A stretch of 51,936 nucleotides of DNA from a bacterium (GCA_043827085.1 JBDRPO010000010.1:1-51936); one strand, 5' to 3'; positions 19,266 to 29,152 are shown, counted from the stretch's first letter. Translations and numbers: made by a program. The notes: generated by a model not told the origin, from the letters alone.

Positions 19266-21472
19266 TGTGGGGTGACGGTGATTGCTGGTTCAGAATAGCC
19301 TTCGGGGTAGGGGCCGCAGTCAATACAGTAATCTTTGATAAATGGATCGGAGGCAACAGTTTGAACGCGTGGCTCAACATCGCCAAATTCGGCGTCGTTA
19401 TTGGGGGAGTGATTGGTGATTTTATTGACAAAGAGTTCGCGCTTACTAAGCGTGGAATCTAGGGGAACGGTTCCTGCCAAAAAGTACTCATAGCGAGTGT
19501 CGCAAGGGTTGTCTGTGGTAGGAAGAGTACCAGAGTTACTGCAAACACTGGCCCCTTCAATGGTATCGGGTTTGGTGAGTCCAGGGGTTTCGATATCACG
19601 GAGCGCATACTTCATAATTTTTTGCCAGATGGGAGAAGCACCAGTCACACCTGAAGCGACATAACTCATGGGAGAGTTGTCATTGTTACCGACCCAGGTT
19701 GCAACTAACCTCGTGGGAGTGTAACCAATGGTCCAGTTGTCTCTTAGGTTGTTGGTAGTACCGGTTTTGACAGAGACAGTCTTGCCGGGAACGTTAAGAA
19801 TAGAGTTGGTGCCAAAGGCGGCAGAGCGAGCGTTGTTGTCGGAGATGATATGAGAGATCAAAAAGGCGGTGTCTTCGGAGAGGACCTTTTCGCCATTTCT
19901 AATGCCATCCGCGGGATCATATGTTTCGAGGACTTTGCCGGTTGAGTCTTCGACTTTGAGAATCGCGTGAAGTGGAACCTTAACTCCTTGATTAGCGAAG
20001 ACGCCAAAGGCTGTCGCCATATCGGTCATCATTACTTCACCACCACCTAAAGTTAGAGAGAGACCATACTGAGTGGGATCGGTCCAACTGCTGATACCCA
20101 TCCGCCTGGCAAAGCTAATGAAGTTTCCAAGACTATTGAGAGCGAGGACTTTAACGGCAGGAATGTTATAGGAGTTACCGAGAGCGAAGCGAATTTGGGT
20201 AGGTCCGCGGAAAGTATTGTCGTAATTTTTGGGACAGTAGTCGGGCTGGCCGATGACAGAAAAACAAATAGGGGTGTCGAGGAGCATAGTTGAAGGGGTA
20301 AGAACCTTGGTTTCGATCCCAAGCGCGTAGTTGAGGGGTTTGATTGAACTACCAGGTTGTCTTAATCTGGTTGTGACATTGACTTTACCATCGATGTCTT
20401 CGGAAAAGTAATCTTTTGAGCCGATCATGGCGAGAATTTCACCAGTACTAGGGTTGGTGACAAGGGCGGCACCATTACTAATTTTGAGCTTTTTGAGGTT
20501 TTTGAGTTCGGCAGAGAGACTGGCTTGGGCGACATCTTGTAAATCAAGGTCTAGAGTGGTTGTGACTCGGAGTCCGCCTTGTTCGACAGCTTGGATGCCA
20601 TATTTGTTTTCGAGAAGTTCACGGACATACATGACGAAGTGGGGAGCACGAATGTCGGTTCCGGCATCGGCATAGTGGAGTTCTTCGTTTTTGGCGGTTG
20701 TGCTAGCTTCTTGAGAAAGATATTTATCTTCGACCATGCGAGTCAGGACCTGGACTTGACGAGAGCGAGCCGAGTCAGGATTGCCGAAGGGAGAGTACTT
20801 GGAGGGGGCTTGGGGTAAACCAGCGAGGAGGGTAGCTTCACTGAGGGTCAAGTCCTTGGCGTCTTTATTGAAGAAGCGGTGGGCAGCGGCTTCGATGCCA
20901 TAGGCAGTACCACCGTAGGGAATGTGGTTCAAGTACATCTCGAGAATTTGGTTTTTACTGTAGAGGATTTCGGTGGCAACCGTCAAGATGGCCTCTTTAA
21001 TTTTGCGGGAAACAGTGCGTTCCGGAGTCAAAAGGGCGACTTTGACTAGTTGCTGAGTTATCGTAGATCCTCCCTCAAGTCGCTGGCCGGTAACGGTTTT
21101 CCAGGCGGCACGGAGGAGTCCACCTGTGTCAAAACCATGGTGAGAGTAGAAATTTTTGTCTTCGATGGCAACCGTGGCTTCAACCACATATTTGGGAAGA
21201 GTATCAAGACGGATAGGAGTCCTATTTTGATAGTCGTAGATTTCATAGAGTAATTCCCCGTTTCTGTCAAAAATCTTGGTTGAGATGGGGTAACTACTGG
21301 GTTTGTTGAGGCGTGCGGGGGAGGGGAGATCCTTGAGAAAGAGGAATAGAGCACAGAGAACAAAGAATATCGAGAGAGCGATGAGAATAATGGTTTTCTG
21401 GGAATACTGAGGGGGCAGAGATTTTTTCTGCAGACGTTTGTGAAGGATATCGAGAAAGGTTGTTTTGGACAT
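19262..21472 (-). CDS. Class A penicillin-binding protein (PBP1A family), second paralog
   Basis: EDKNFYSHHG, GGSTITQQLVK, RKIKE, SSIK, SYN, KTG. Confidence 0.93.
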   Translation of the reverse strand: MSKTTFLDILHKRLQKKSLPPQYSQKTIILIALSIFFVLCALFLFLKDLPSPARLNKPSSYPISTKIFDRNGELLYEIYDYQNRTPIRLDTLPKYVVEATVAIEDKNFYSHHGFDTGGLLRAAWKTVTGQRLEGGSTITQQLVKVALLTPERTVSRKIKEAILTVATEILYSKNQILEMYLNHIPYGGTAYGIEAAAHRFFNKDAKDLTLSEATLLAGLPQAPSKYSPFGNPDSARSRQVQVLTRMVEDKYLSQEASTTAKNEELHYADAGTDIRAPHFVMYVRELLENKYGIQAVEQGGLRVTTTLDLDLQDVAQASLSAELKNLKKLKISNGAALVTNPSTGEILAMIGSKDYFSEDIDGKVNVTTRLRQPGSSIKPLNYALGIETKVLTPSTMLLDTPICFSVIGQPDYCPKNYDNTFRGPTQIRFALGNSYNIPAVKVLALNSLGNFISFARRMGISSWTDPTQYGLSLTLGGGEVMMTDMATAFGVFANQGVKVPLHAILKVEDSTGKVLETYDPADGIRNGEKVLSEDTAFLISHIISDNNARSAAFGTNSILNVPGKTVSVKTGTTNNLRDNWTIGYTPTRLVATWVGNNDNSPMSYVASGVTGASPIWQKIMKYALRDIETPGLTKPDTIEGASVCSNSGTLPTTDNPCDTRYEYFLAGTVPLDSTLSKRELFVNKITNHSPNNDAEFGDVEPRVQTVASDPFIKDYCIDCGPYPEGYSEPAITVTPQ

Positions 21473-21506
21473 GGGGATATTATAGATGATATACTCTCAC
21501 CTATCT

Positions 21507-22121
21507 ATGTCGAGCGGTAAGACAAAGTTTAAAAATATCGTAATTTCTGGTCTTCCTGGGGCGGGTTCTACAACGCTGGCGAAAATGCTTGTGAAGAAAT
21601 TTGGATGGAGTTATTTTTCTGGTGGTGAGTGGATGAGGGCGTATGCGATTGCACATAATCTTTTTGATGGTTCAATCAAGCTTCATCATGATCAAAGTAT
21701 CATCCAAGACGATATTGATCGACAAATGGATCATGGGATGAGAAAGAATATGCAGGAAAAATCTGGCAATATATATGATTCTTGGCTTTGTGGATTTTTG
21801 GCTCAAGGGGTTGAGGGAACTTTTAAGATATTGGTTATGTGTAGTGATGATGCGGTAAGGGTAGATAGATTGGCAAATAGGGACGATCTGACAATTCAAG
21901 AAGCGAAACAACATGTGTTTGATCGAGAAAAGAAGAATGTAGAAAAATGGAACAAGATGTATAAGAAAGAATGGCAGGAGTGGGTAGTGCGTCCTGGATT
22001 TGTAGCGAAAGATAAGCAGCAGTATTATTGGTATCCTGAGATGTATGATCTGGTGATAGATACGTATAAAGTTAGTAAAAAAGAAGCTTTTAAGATGGCG
22101 TGGGATAAACTGAGCAAGTGA
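21507..22121 (+). CDS. Cytidylate kinase-like P-loop kinase (archaeal-type Cmk2-like)
   Basis: IVISGLPGAGSTT, SGG.WMR, YDLVIDT. Confidence 0.72.
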   Translation: MSSGKTKFKNIVISGLPGAGSTTLAKMLVKKFGWSYFSGGEWMRAYAIAHNLFDGSIKLHHDQSIIQDDIDRQMDHGMRKNMQEKSGNIYDSWLCGFLAQGVEGTFKILVMCSDDAVRVDRLANRDDLTIQEAKQHVFDREKKNVEKWNKMYKKEWQEWVVRPGFVAKDKQQYYWYPEMYDLVIDTYKVSKKEAFKMAWDKLSK

Positions 22122-22180
22122 TTAAGTGAAAGCGATTGTGATTGCTGAAGTTTGACTGAAGGTGTACAATTCCAGGCAGC

Positions 22181-23404
22181 GTGAGCGTAACTACGGTAAA
22201 CTCTACTATTGCTAAAGCAGTTAAAGCATCTTTCGATGAAGAGGTTGCATTTGTTTCTGCTTTGGTTAAAGCAAAAAGTCCCAACCCATATACCCCACAG
22301 GATTCACCCCTTCATGAGTCGGTGGAGGGTGAGATGCCGACATTAATTTTTGAAAAATTAAAAGAAATAGGACTGTCTCCTCGATTCTTAGGAGCGAGTA
22401 AGGAACGGCCAAATGTGGTTGCTGAGTGGGGAGAGAAGCGAGGGAGGATGGGACTCATGCTCAACGGGCACATGGATACGATCCCTCCAGAGGGGCGTGA
22501 TGTTATCTCGCCATATTCGGGGGTAGTGCGCAATGGTAAGTTGTATGGGTTGGGATCTCTTGATATGAAGGCTAGTTTGGCGGCATATATCTACGCTGTA
22601 AAGGCATTGATGTTGGCGAAGGTCAAGCTCAAGGGGAAGTTGACACTGGCGTTTGTGGTTGATGAGGAAAGCGGGGCTTGTAGTGCGTATGGGACTCAGT
22701 ATTTACTTGATTCAGGTTGCGTACCAAAGGCATGTTTAATTGGAGAGCATGGGAGTAGATATGTCCGCACAGGGCAGCGAGGAGTATACCGATTTAAGAT
22801 AGTCACTCGGGGAGAAGCGGTGCATACGGGGGTTTCGGCATGGGAGCGTGGTGAGGTGGGCCATAATGCCGTCGTGGACATGGCGAGGATTATCGATGTA
22901 CTACAAGGAATTGAGATTCCATTTAAGCAGTCGAGAATGTTTATAGATCGTAAGCCAGTATTTACTTTTCCCACAAAAATTAGCGGTGGAGTATCGATGA
23001 ATGTGGTTCCAGCAATTTGTGAAGCCTATGGAGATGTTAGGTTGCTACCTGGCAATAGTGAAGCTCAGGTAAAGATCCTTATGATTGAGCGACTTCAGAA
23101 GTTGGGGGTATCCTATGAGATCCAGGACTTGTTATATGTACCAGCGGTCGAGATTGATACACATGATCCACTCGTGTTGTCACTACAGAAAGTAACTAAG
23201 GCAGTACTAGGATACGAACCACCAGCAAAGGTTTCTGGTCCGGGGACTGACGGATGGATGATGTGTAAGCGCGATATTCCAACGATTATGGGGTTTGGGC
23301 CTGATGGGGGTGGGGAACATGGGCGGGGAGAGTGGGTAGACATATTGTCTTTGCAGAAGATAACTGAGGTGTATGCTAGGCTTATCGTGGATTATCTAGG
23401 GTGA
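22181..23404 (+). CDS. M20 metallopeptidase (ArgE/DapE family)
   Basis: LNGHMDT, GLGSLDMK, DEE, GE, GTD, H..GEW. Confidence 0.9.
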   Translation: MSVTTVNSTIAKAVKASFDEEVAFVSALVKAKSPNPYTPQDSPLHESVEGEMPTLIFEKLKEIGLSPRFLGASKERPNVVAEWGEKRGRMGLMLNGHMDTIPPEGRDVISPYSGVVRNGKLYGLGSLDMKASLAAYIYAVKALMLAKVKLKGKLTLAFVVDEESGACSAYGTQYLLDSGCVPKACLIGEHGSRYVRTGQRGVYRFKIVTRGEAVHTGVSAWERGEVGHNAVVDMARIIDVLQGIEIPFKQSRMFIDRKPVFTFPTKISGGVSMNVVPAICEAYGDVRLLPGNSEAQVKILMIERLQKLGVSYEIQDLLYVPAVEIDTHDPLVLSLQKVTKAVLGYEPPAKVSGPGTDGWMMCKRDIPTIMGFGPDGGGEHGRGEWVDILSLQKITEVYARLIVDYLG

Positions 23405-23408
23405 GAAG

Positions 23409-23963
23409 ATGAAGCAGTGGTTAATGATAGTTTTAGTGATAGTAGGGTTGTTGGTTGGAGTGGTTTCGTTGTATATGGCCTCTTTATCAGGAGTGATGTC
23501 AAAGATGGGGTTAGTTGGAGGAGATTTTAGTCAGTCTATAGATGTAAATGAATTGGCGAGACAGCTTGTTGGGCAAAAAGAGGAGTTTTCTTGTAGTGTT
23601 TGGCACGTCGCAGGTCACGTACCAGGGTATTTTTTCGCACAGGGAGAGCAAAAAGCGATGTTGGCAGGTCAATTAGGGGGGGAGAGAATCATATGTGGGA
23701 TTAGACTGGTGCAAAACGGGAATGTAGAGAGGGGAGTTTACACGATCGTGAAAGGCCTGTATTATCTGAAAAATTATTATGTTGAGATGCGAGTATTGAT
23801 TGAAAAAGATCCAAAGAAATGCAATCTGGTCGAATCAAAGTACGAAAGATGGGTGGAAGGATATCTCTTGGCGACAGAGGGGCGAGCACAAGAAGTGGTG
23901 TTTGGTGTGTATAAACAAGTGGAGGCAGCAAGGGTAGGGGTGGAAGAGTTGTGTATTGACTAG
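23409..23963 (+). CDS. Hypothetical exported or membrane protein
   Basis: N-terminal hydrophobic helix, four Cys. Confidence 0.7.
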   Translation: MKQWLMIVLVIVGLLVGVVSLYMASLSGVMSKMGLVGGDFSQSIDVNELARQLVGQKEEFSCSVWHVAGHVPGYFFAQGEQKAMLAGQLGGERIICGIRLVQNGNVERGVYTIVKGLYYLKNYYVEMRVLIEKDPKKCNLVESKYERWVEGYLLATEGRAQEVVFGVYKQVEAARVGVEELCID

Positions 23964-24029
23964 GTAGAAGAGAAGATTTAGGATGAAATTAGTTAACAAG
24001 TGATGGTTTGAGAGTGTAAGGAAGAGGGT

Positions 24030-25493
24030 GTGAATCCCTCTCTGTGCCGCAACTGTAAAAGACAGGAACTTCCTCTCAAACTACCTTTATTGAGCCTTCC
24101 GAGCGAGAAGGTGAAGGAGTTGAGAGTGTCTCCAGAGTCTTCTAGTGTTTGTTCTATAGAGTTGTTTAAGAGCGATTTTGATTTGGATTTTTACGAACCC
24201 AGTGATCTATTTGAAGTGGAAACGCACGTACGTTCGTTTTTCGGGGAAAAATTGATGAGACCCAGAAGGGAAAGGTTGTGGGTGGGAAGTGATGGAACGT
24301 TAGATCCTAATTATGTGACAATGATGGAGAAAGCCATTAACTACTGGAATGAGCGAGGTGATAAGAAAGCGGTCGAAAGATTTGAAAAAGAGCTTGAGGG
24401 GGCAAGAAATGCAGTAAGCCTTATCATTGCTTCTAGAGAATTAGGAGAACCCCTGCCGATTGTAATAAACGCGAGTGATCCTGGAGATTTTTACGTTGAT
24501 AAAGAGGGGAGGAAAAAGAGCGTGACTTTCGTGTGGATGAAGGAGTCCACAGAGAGTAGTGGATGGAGATATAGTGTTTACTCAATACCTGCAAAGTATA
24601 TTGGATTAGAAAAACATTGGGGATTGCTGAAGAAGCTTGGAGATATACAACGGACGCAAGATATTTTGAAGAAAATGTTTGACGAAACTGAGCTTAGTGC
24701 GGATAGTCTCATTGCGTTCCCGTTAATTGTGACTAGTTTAACTCAAGGGATGGATGAGATTGCAGGTGAGTTAGGATATCCAACCTGGGATGAGATTGAC
24801 CGAATCGCTGCGGATCAACTAGCAATGGAAGAAGACCAACACGCAAAAGAAAGAAGAGAACAGGTCGTAATCGAGTTTACGGCTAGGATTTTCTATGCCG
24901 TCAAAGACGGAAAGTCGAAGGAGTATAAGCAAGCTCTCGTGGCGGCATTGTCAGATACGATGGCGCTTGAGGCTGGGAGTAGAGATTATTTGGGAATGGA
25001 TAAAGATCAAATTAAGAGTGAGATCGATAAAAATGTGCGTTTGGCCTTGGCGGTAAAGTATAAAGTATTTGAGAAAAAGAGTTACTATGAACTCAAAGAT
25101 TTGGGCATACGGTTCGGAGATTTGGGGGACTTGTATAGGCACTATCAATGGGTGAGTGCTGCGTTTAATACTAATCCCCTCGCGAGAGAAGCTCGAGCTA
25201 CTGGATGTGGTGGGTCTGGAATTAGTTATGGATCTGATATGTTCTCTAGCCGAGACTTTGCATTTAGAGATGTCAGTATCTTAATTGAAAGTCAGAGTTT
25301 CTACTCAAGTACTACCGAATCTACAACAATAACTACAGATGGGGAGGAGCCCGACGGTCGATATCCGGAGGGAAAATACAAACCGGGACATTGTAGAGCC
25401 TGTGATACTGATCGTAAGAAAGTGTGGCACAAAGAAGATGGTGGATGTGATTGCTGCACAATTTGTGAACGTAGGCTTGCAGGCGGTGATTAA
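24030..25493 (+). CDS. Hypothetical protein with Cys-rich C-terminus
   Basis: 487-aa ORF; ends CRAC...CDCCTIC after an S/T-rich linker. Confidence 0.7.
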   Translation: MNPSLCRNCKRQELPLKLPLLSLPSEKVKELRVSPESSSVCSIELFKSDFDLDFYEPSDLFEVETHVRSFFGEKLMRPRRERLWVGSDGTLDPNYVTMMEKAINYWNERGDKKAVERFEKELEGARNAVSLIIASRELGEPLPIVINASDPGDFYVDKEGRKKSVTFVWMKESTESSGWRYSVYSIPAKYIGLEKHWGLLKKLGDIQRTQDILKKMFDETELSADSLIAFPLIVTSLTQGMDEIAGELGYPTWDEIDRIAADQLAMEEDQHAKERREQVVIEFTARIFYAVKDGKSKEYKQALVAALSDTMALEAGSRDYLGMDKDQIKSEIDKNVRLALAVKYKVFEKKSYYELKDLGIRFGDLGDLYRHYQWVSAAFNTNPLAREARATGCGGSGISYGSDMFSSRDFAFRDVSILIESQSFYSSTTESTTITTDGEEPDGRYPEGKYKPGHCRACDTDRKKVWHKEDGGCDCCTICERRLAGGD

Positions 25494-25525
25494 AAACTGC
25501 TCCTATTTGATACATTCGTTCCTAG

Positions 25526-25580
25526 TTGACAGTCACTAATGGTAGGGGGTACGGTGAATAGGCCCTACTATATGTAGGGT
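25526..25580 (+). promoter_or_regulatory. nrd operon promoter with tandem NrdR boxes
   Basis: TTGACA 25526-25531; boxes TCACTAATGGTAGGGG (25533-25548) and CTACTATATGTAGGGT (25565-25580), 32 bp apart, resembling acaCwAtATaTwGtgt. Confidence 0.7.
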
Positions 25581-25604
25581 TTTAGTTTCGGAGGTGAAAT
25601 ACAT

Positions 25605-26063
25605 ATGCAGTGCCCATATTGTCATAACGAAGATACTTCTGTTCTCGAGTCGAGGATTACAGCCGAAGGGGGGGCAATGAGGAGACGGAGAGAGTGTACC
25701 AAGTGTGGGAAGCGCTTTACTACCTATGAGCGGGCAGAGGGAGTAGATATCAAGGTAGTGAAGAAATCAGGTAAGATCGAGGATTTTGATCGGGAGAAAC
25801 TTCGACGCGGGATTATGAAGGCCACCTGGAAAAGGCCGGTGTCAATGGAGCAGATTGAGAGCATGGTGGATGAAGTGGAGCGGATCCTGCGGCGGAAGAC
25901 TACTACCGAAGTACGCTCATGGGAGATAGGAAATTTGGTGATCAATAGACTGAAAAAGATTGATCCACTAGCATATTTACTTTTTGCTTCGGTGTACCGA
26001 GAGTTCGAGTCACTAAATGATTTTAGCGAAGAGATAACTAAGTTAAAAGAGGACAATAAATGA
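25605..26063 (+). CDS. nrdR: Transcriptional repressor NrdR
   Basis: CPYC...RRRRECTKC..RFTTYE Zn ribbon, ATP-cone VVKKSG, AYLLFASVY; SD GGAGGTG. Confidence 0.97.
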   Translation: MQCPYCHNEDTSVLESRITAEGGAMRRRRECTKCGKRFTTYERAEGVDIKVVKKSGKIEDFDREKLRRGIMKATWKRPVSMEQIESMVDEVERILRRKTTTEVRSWEIGNLVINRLKKIDPLAYLLFASVYREFESLNDFSEEITKLKEDNK

Positions 26064-29000
26064 AAGCCAAACTCAACCCTAACGCGGCGGCAATCATGGT
26101 AAACCGTTATAGTTTGCGGGATGAGGGGGGGCAGCCAGTGGAGTCACCGGCTGAGATTTTGATGCGGAGCGCCAGGGTGGTAGCTGAAGCAGAGAATAAT
26201 TACCGTAGTGGTGGAGCGACAGCGATTGAAGTGAGAGAGAAGTTTTTTGAGATTCTTTATGATATGAGGTTTGTGCCAAACGGGCGAACGATGGCAAATG
26301 CGGGGACTAAGTATGGACAACTTGCCAATTGTTTCGTCCTACCGGTAGACGACGATCTTGGTAAAGGAGCCGACTCGATTTTTTCGGTGCTTCGCAAGGC
26401 GATTCTGACCTTACAGACTGGGGGAGGGGTAGGCTTTTCGTTTGGGAGAATTCGGCCAAAAGACGCCGCTATCACTACAACTAAGGGGAAGGCAACGGGG
26501 GCAGTCTCGTTTATTAAAGTTTACGACACGGCATTTTGGGTGATCGGGCAAGGAGGGGGGAGGCGCTCAGCCGCGATGGCAGTACTACCCGTGTGGCATC
26601 CGGACATTCTAGAGTTTGTGAAGTGCAAGAGTGAAGAGGGGACGATTACCAACTTTAATATCTCGGTTGGCATAACGGACGAATTTATGCAGGCTGTCAA
26701 GAAAGATGATGATTTCACACTCCGACACCCAGAAAATGGGGAGATGTATAAAATGGTACCAGCGAGAGAGTTATTTGCTGAGATTGTGAAAAGTGCATAT
26801 AAGAACGGGGAGCCGGGAGTATTATTTCTTGACGAGGCAAATCGGACCAATCCAGTGCCGCACCTTTATAAATTGGAGGCAACAAATCCTTGTGTTACAG
26901 GAGATACTTTGGTAGCTACTCCGAATGGATGGATAAGAGTAGATCAAATTAATGAAGGAGATAAAGTGAATACTGTATTGGGATTAGGTAAGATAGAAAA
27001 GCGAGAGGTGCACGAAAAGAAGAAGATTTACCTAATTAAGTTTTCCGATGGGGGTGTAGTAAAAGCAACTGCAGCTCACCAATTTCATACCCGTAGTAGT
27101 AGAACTAAATTCTTTACTCCAACTAAACTGAGTGAAATAACAGTGGGGGATTGGGTGAGAGTTGCAAAATCATGCTTACCAAGCAAGATGGCTCCACCAA
27201 GTAATGTGAATATTGGAGAAAGAGATTATGGATTTTTAACGGGAGTATTGCTTGGGGATGGTTGTTACACGGAGAGATCCTTGTCAAAGAATGTGGTGCG
27301 AATAAGTACTCATGATGATGAGCGTGAGTGGAATGAGTTGCTAAAACAAAAATTTTCCATGATTGGTGCTACAAATATGTATACGTATGTGAACAAAAAT
27401 AGTCACTCAATGATGATGGATCCAAAACCAGGAAAGATGGTGGCTGAGTGGGTCAAATCTTTGAAATTAACGCCCTCCATAAGTCTGGATAAAGATATTC
27501 CAATGGAATATGTGAATAGTAATGGAGAATTTTTACGGGGACTGCTTGATGGGTTATTTAGTACAGATGGAAGTGTGGATTTGTCGGCTAACCATCCGAT
27601 TGTAAGATTTCATACTGGGAGCGTCAAACTAGCTGAGAAGGTGAGATTGATACTCTTAATGTTTGGGATTCATGGGAGATCAATAAAATCAAAACGAGCT
27701 CCTCATAAAACATCTGATGGGAGGATAATTTCAAATAAGAATCCTAAATATGATGTGGTAGTGGTGGGTGAGAGTTTTGGAAGATTTTTTGAACAAATTA
27801 CATTAAGTCATCCTGAAAAACAAGCCAAAATGAAACAAGCTGCATTAACAGTGAATTTTACTGGTGGGAATTGGGCTGCTCAGGTAAAGTCTATAGAAGA
27901 ATTTGGAGAAGAAAAAGTTTACGATCTATACGAACCCAATAGTGATACTTGGATTACAAATGGTTATGTGTCGAGGGGATGTGGAGAACAGTTCTTGGGA
28001 CCGTACGAAAATTGTTGTTTGGGGTCACTAAACCTGCGGGAACATATAAAGAAAATTAAGGGTGACGGATACCAAGTTGATTGGGAGAAGCTATCTGAGA
28101 CGATCGAGCTTGCGGTGCGATTTTTAGACAATGTAGTGGATGCCAATAAATATGTATCTGCAGTGCCGGAACTCGAGGAGGCGGCACATAAAGTAAGAAG
28201 AATAGGATTGTCGGTGATGGGGCTTTCCGACATGATGTACTTGGTGGGGGTGCGATATGGGGGATCCAAGGGACAGGATCTAGCTAGCCAAATCATGGAG
28301 TTTGTGCGCTACCATGCGATGATTACTTCGATTAAACTAGCTAGAGTGAGAGGGCCTTTTCCAGGAATTGTGGGGAGTATTTATGACCCACAGAATATGA
28401 AATGGAGCGCTCCTAAGCCACTGGTGGCACATAAAACTGATTTTGGAAGGCCGAGTTTAGACTGGAAGAAGTTGATCGTGGATTTGAAGCAGTATGGGAT
28501 ACGTAATGGAGCACAGACGACAGTCGCACCAACCGGCTCAATTGCAACCATTTCAGGACTTGAAGGATATGGATGTGAGCCAGTATTTGCTTTGTCGTAT
28601 GTTAGACACACCCGCGAGGGGGCGGAAAAAGAGGGAAAAGAGTGGAGAGAGATGTACTATGAAAGTTATTTGTTTGAGATGGCAATGAAGAAATCTGGAC
28701 TGTCAAAGAGTGAGCGCAACAAGTTGTTTGAACAGGTACGGGATAATGGAGGAAGCCTAAAAGGAATTTCTGGAGTGCCAAAGGAAATTGCGGAGATATG
28801 TGTAGTATCGTCTGATTTGAGCTTTGAGGAACACGTGAGAATGCAGGCAGTGATGCAGAGGTGGATCGACAACTCGATTAGTAAGACAATAAATTTTCCG
28901 AGTACCGCGACCCCCGACGATGTGGCAAAAGCCTACCAGCTTGGATGGGAGCTGGGACTTAAAGGAATGACTGTGTATGTGGAAGGGTCACGGGAGCAGG

Positions 29001-29152
29001 TGATACTGGAGAAGAAGATTGGACCTTATGAAACTAAAGAAGATAAACAAGTCACTCCTCAAGAATTGTGCCCAGAGTGCGGAACGCCGATGCGCCGCGA
29101 GGAAGGGTGTTCAACTTGCCCGTCATGCGCATACTCGAAATGCGATAAATAA
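26060..29152 (+). CDS. nrdJ: Class II (AdoCbl-dependent) ribonucleotide reductase, copy 1, intein-containing
   Basis: QLANCFV, GGGVG, GEPG, NP|CGEQ, CCLGS, RRIGL, APTG, SISKTIN, C-terminal CPEC..CPSC. Confidence 0.92.
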   Translation: MKAKLNPNAAAIMVNRYSLRDEGGQPVESPAEILMRSARVVAEAENNYRSGGATAIEVREKFFEILYDMRFVPNGRTMANAGTKYGQLANCFVLPVDDDLGKGADSIFSVLRKAILTLQTGGGVGFSFGRIRPKDAAITTTKGKATGAVSFIKVYDTAFWVIGQGGGRRSAAMAVLPVWHPDILEFVKCKSEEGTITNFNISVGITDEFMQAVKKDDDFTLRHPENGEMYKMVPARELFAEIVKSAYKNGEPGVLFLDEANRTNPVPHLYKLEATNPCVTGDTLVATPNGWIRVDQINEGDKVNTVLGLGKIEKREVHEKKKIYLIKFSDGGVVKATAAHQFHTRSSRTKFFTPTKLSEITVGDWVRVAKSCLPSKMAPPSNVNIGERDYGFLTGVLLGDGCYTERSLSKNVVRISTHDDEREWNELLKQKFSMIGATNMYTYVNKNSHSMMMDPKPGKMVAEWVKSLKLTPSISLDKDIPMEYVNSNGEFLRGLLDGLFSTDGSVDLSANHPIVRFHTGSVKLAEKVRLILLMFGIHGRSIKSKRAPHKTSDGRIISNKNPKYDVVVVGESFGRFFEQITLSHPEKQAKMKQAALTVNFTGGNWAAQVKSIEEFGEEKVYDLYEPNSDTWITNGYVSRGCGEQFLGPYENCCLGSLNLREHIKKIKGDGYQVDWEKLSETIELAVRFLDNVVDANKYVSAVPELEEAAHKVRRIGLSVMGLSDMMYLVGVRYGGSKGQDLASQIMEFVRYHAMITSIKLARVRGPFPGIVGSIYDPQNMKWSAPKPLVAHKTDFGRPSLDWKKLIVDLKQYGIRNGAQTTVAPTGSIATISGLEGYGCEPVFALSYVRHTREGAEKEGKEWREMYYESYLFEMAMKKSGLSKSERNKLFEQVRDNGGSLKGISGVPKEIAEICVVSSDLSFEEHVRMQAVMQRWIDNSISKTINFPSTATPDDVAKAYQLGWELGLKGMTVYVEGSREQVILEKKIGPYETKEDKQVTPQELCPECGTPMRREEGCSTCPSCAYSKCDK
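26891..27979 (+). mobile_element. 363-aa LAGLIDADG intein with non-canonical C-terminus (...GYVSRG|C)
   Basis: Block A CVTGDTLV, block B ATAAH, LAGLIDADG GVLLGDG and GLFSTDG, block F VYDL; removal restores NPCGEQ. Confidence 0.85.

Noticed and set aside
25494-25604. Cobalamin riboswitch ahead of the B12-dependent operon
   Set aside because: The spacer is only about 110 nt, is occupied by the promoter, NrdR boxes and SD, and shows no B12-box.
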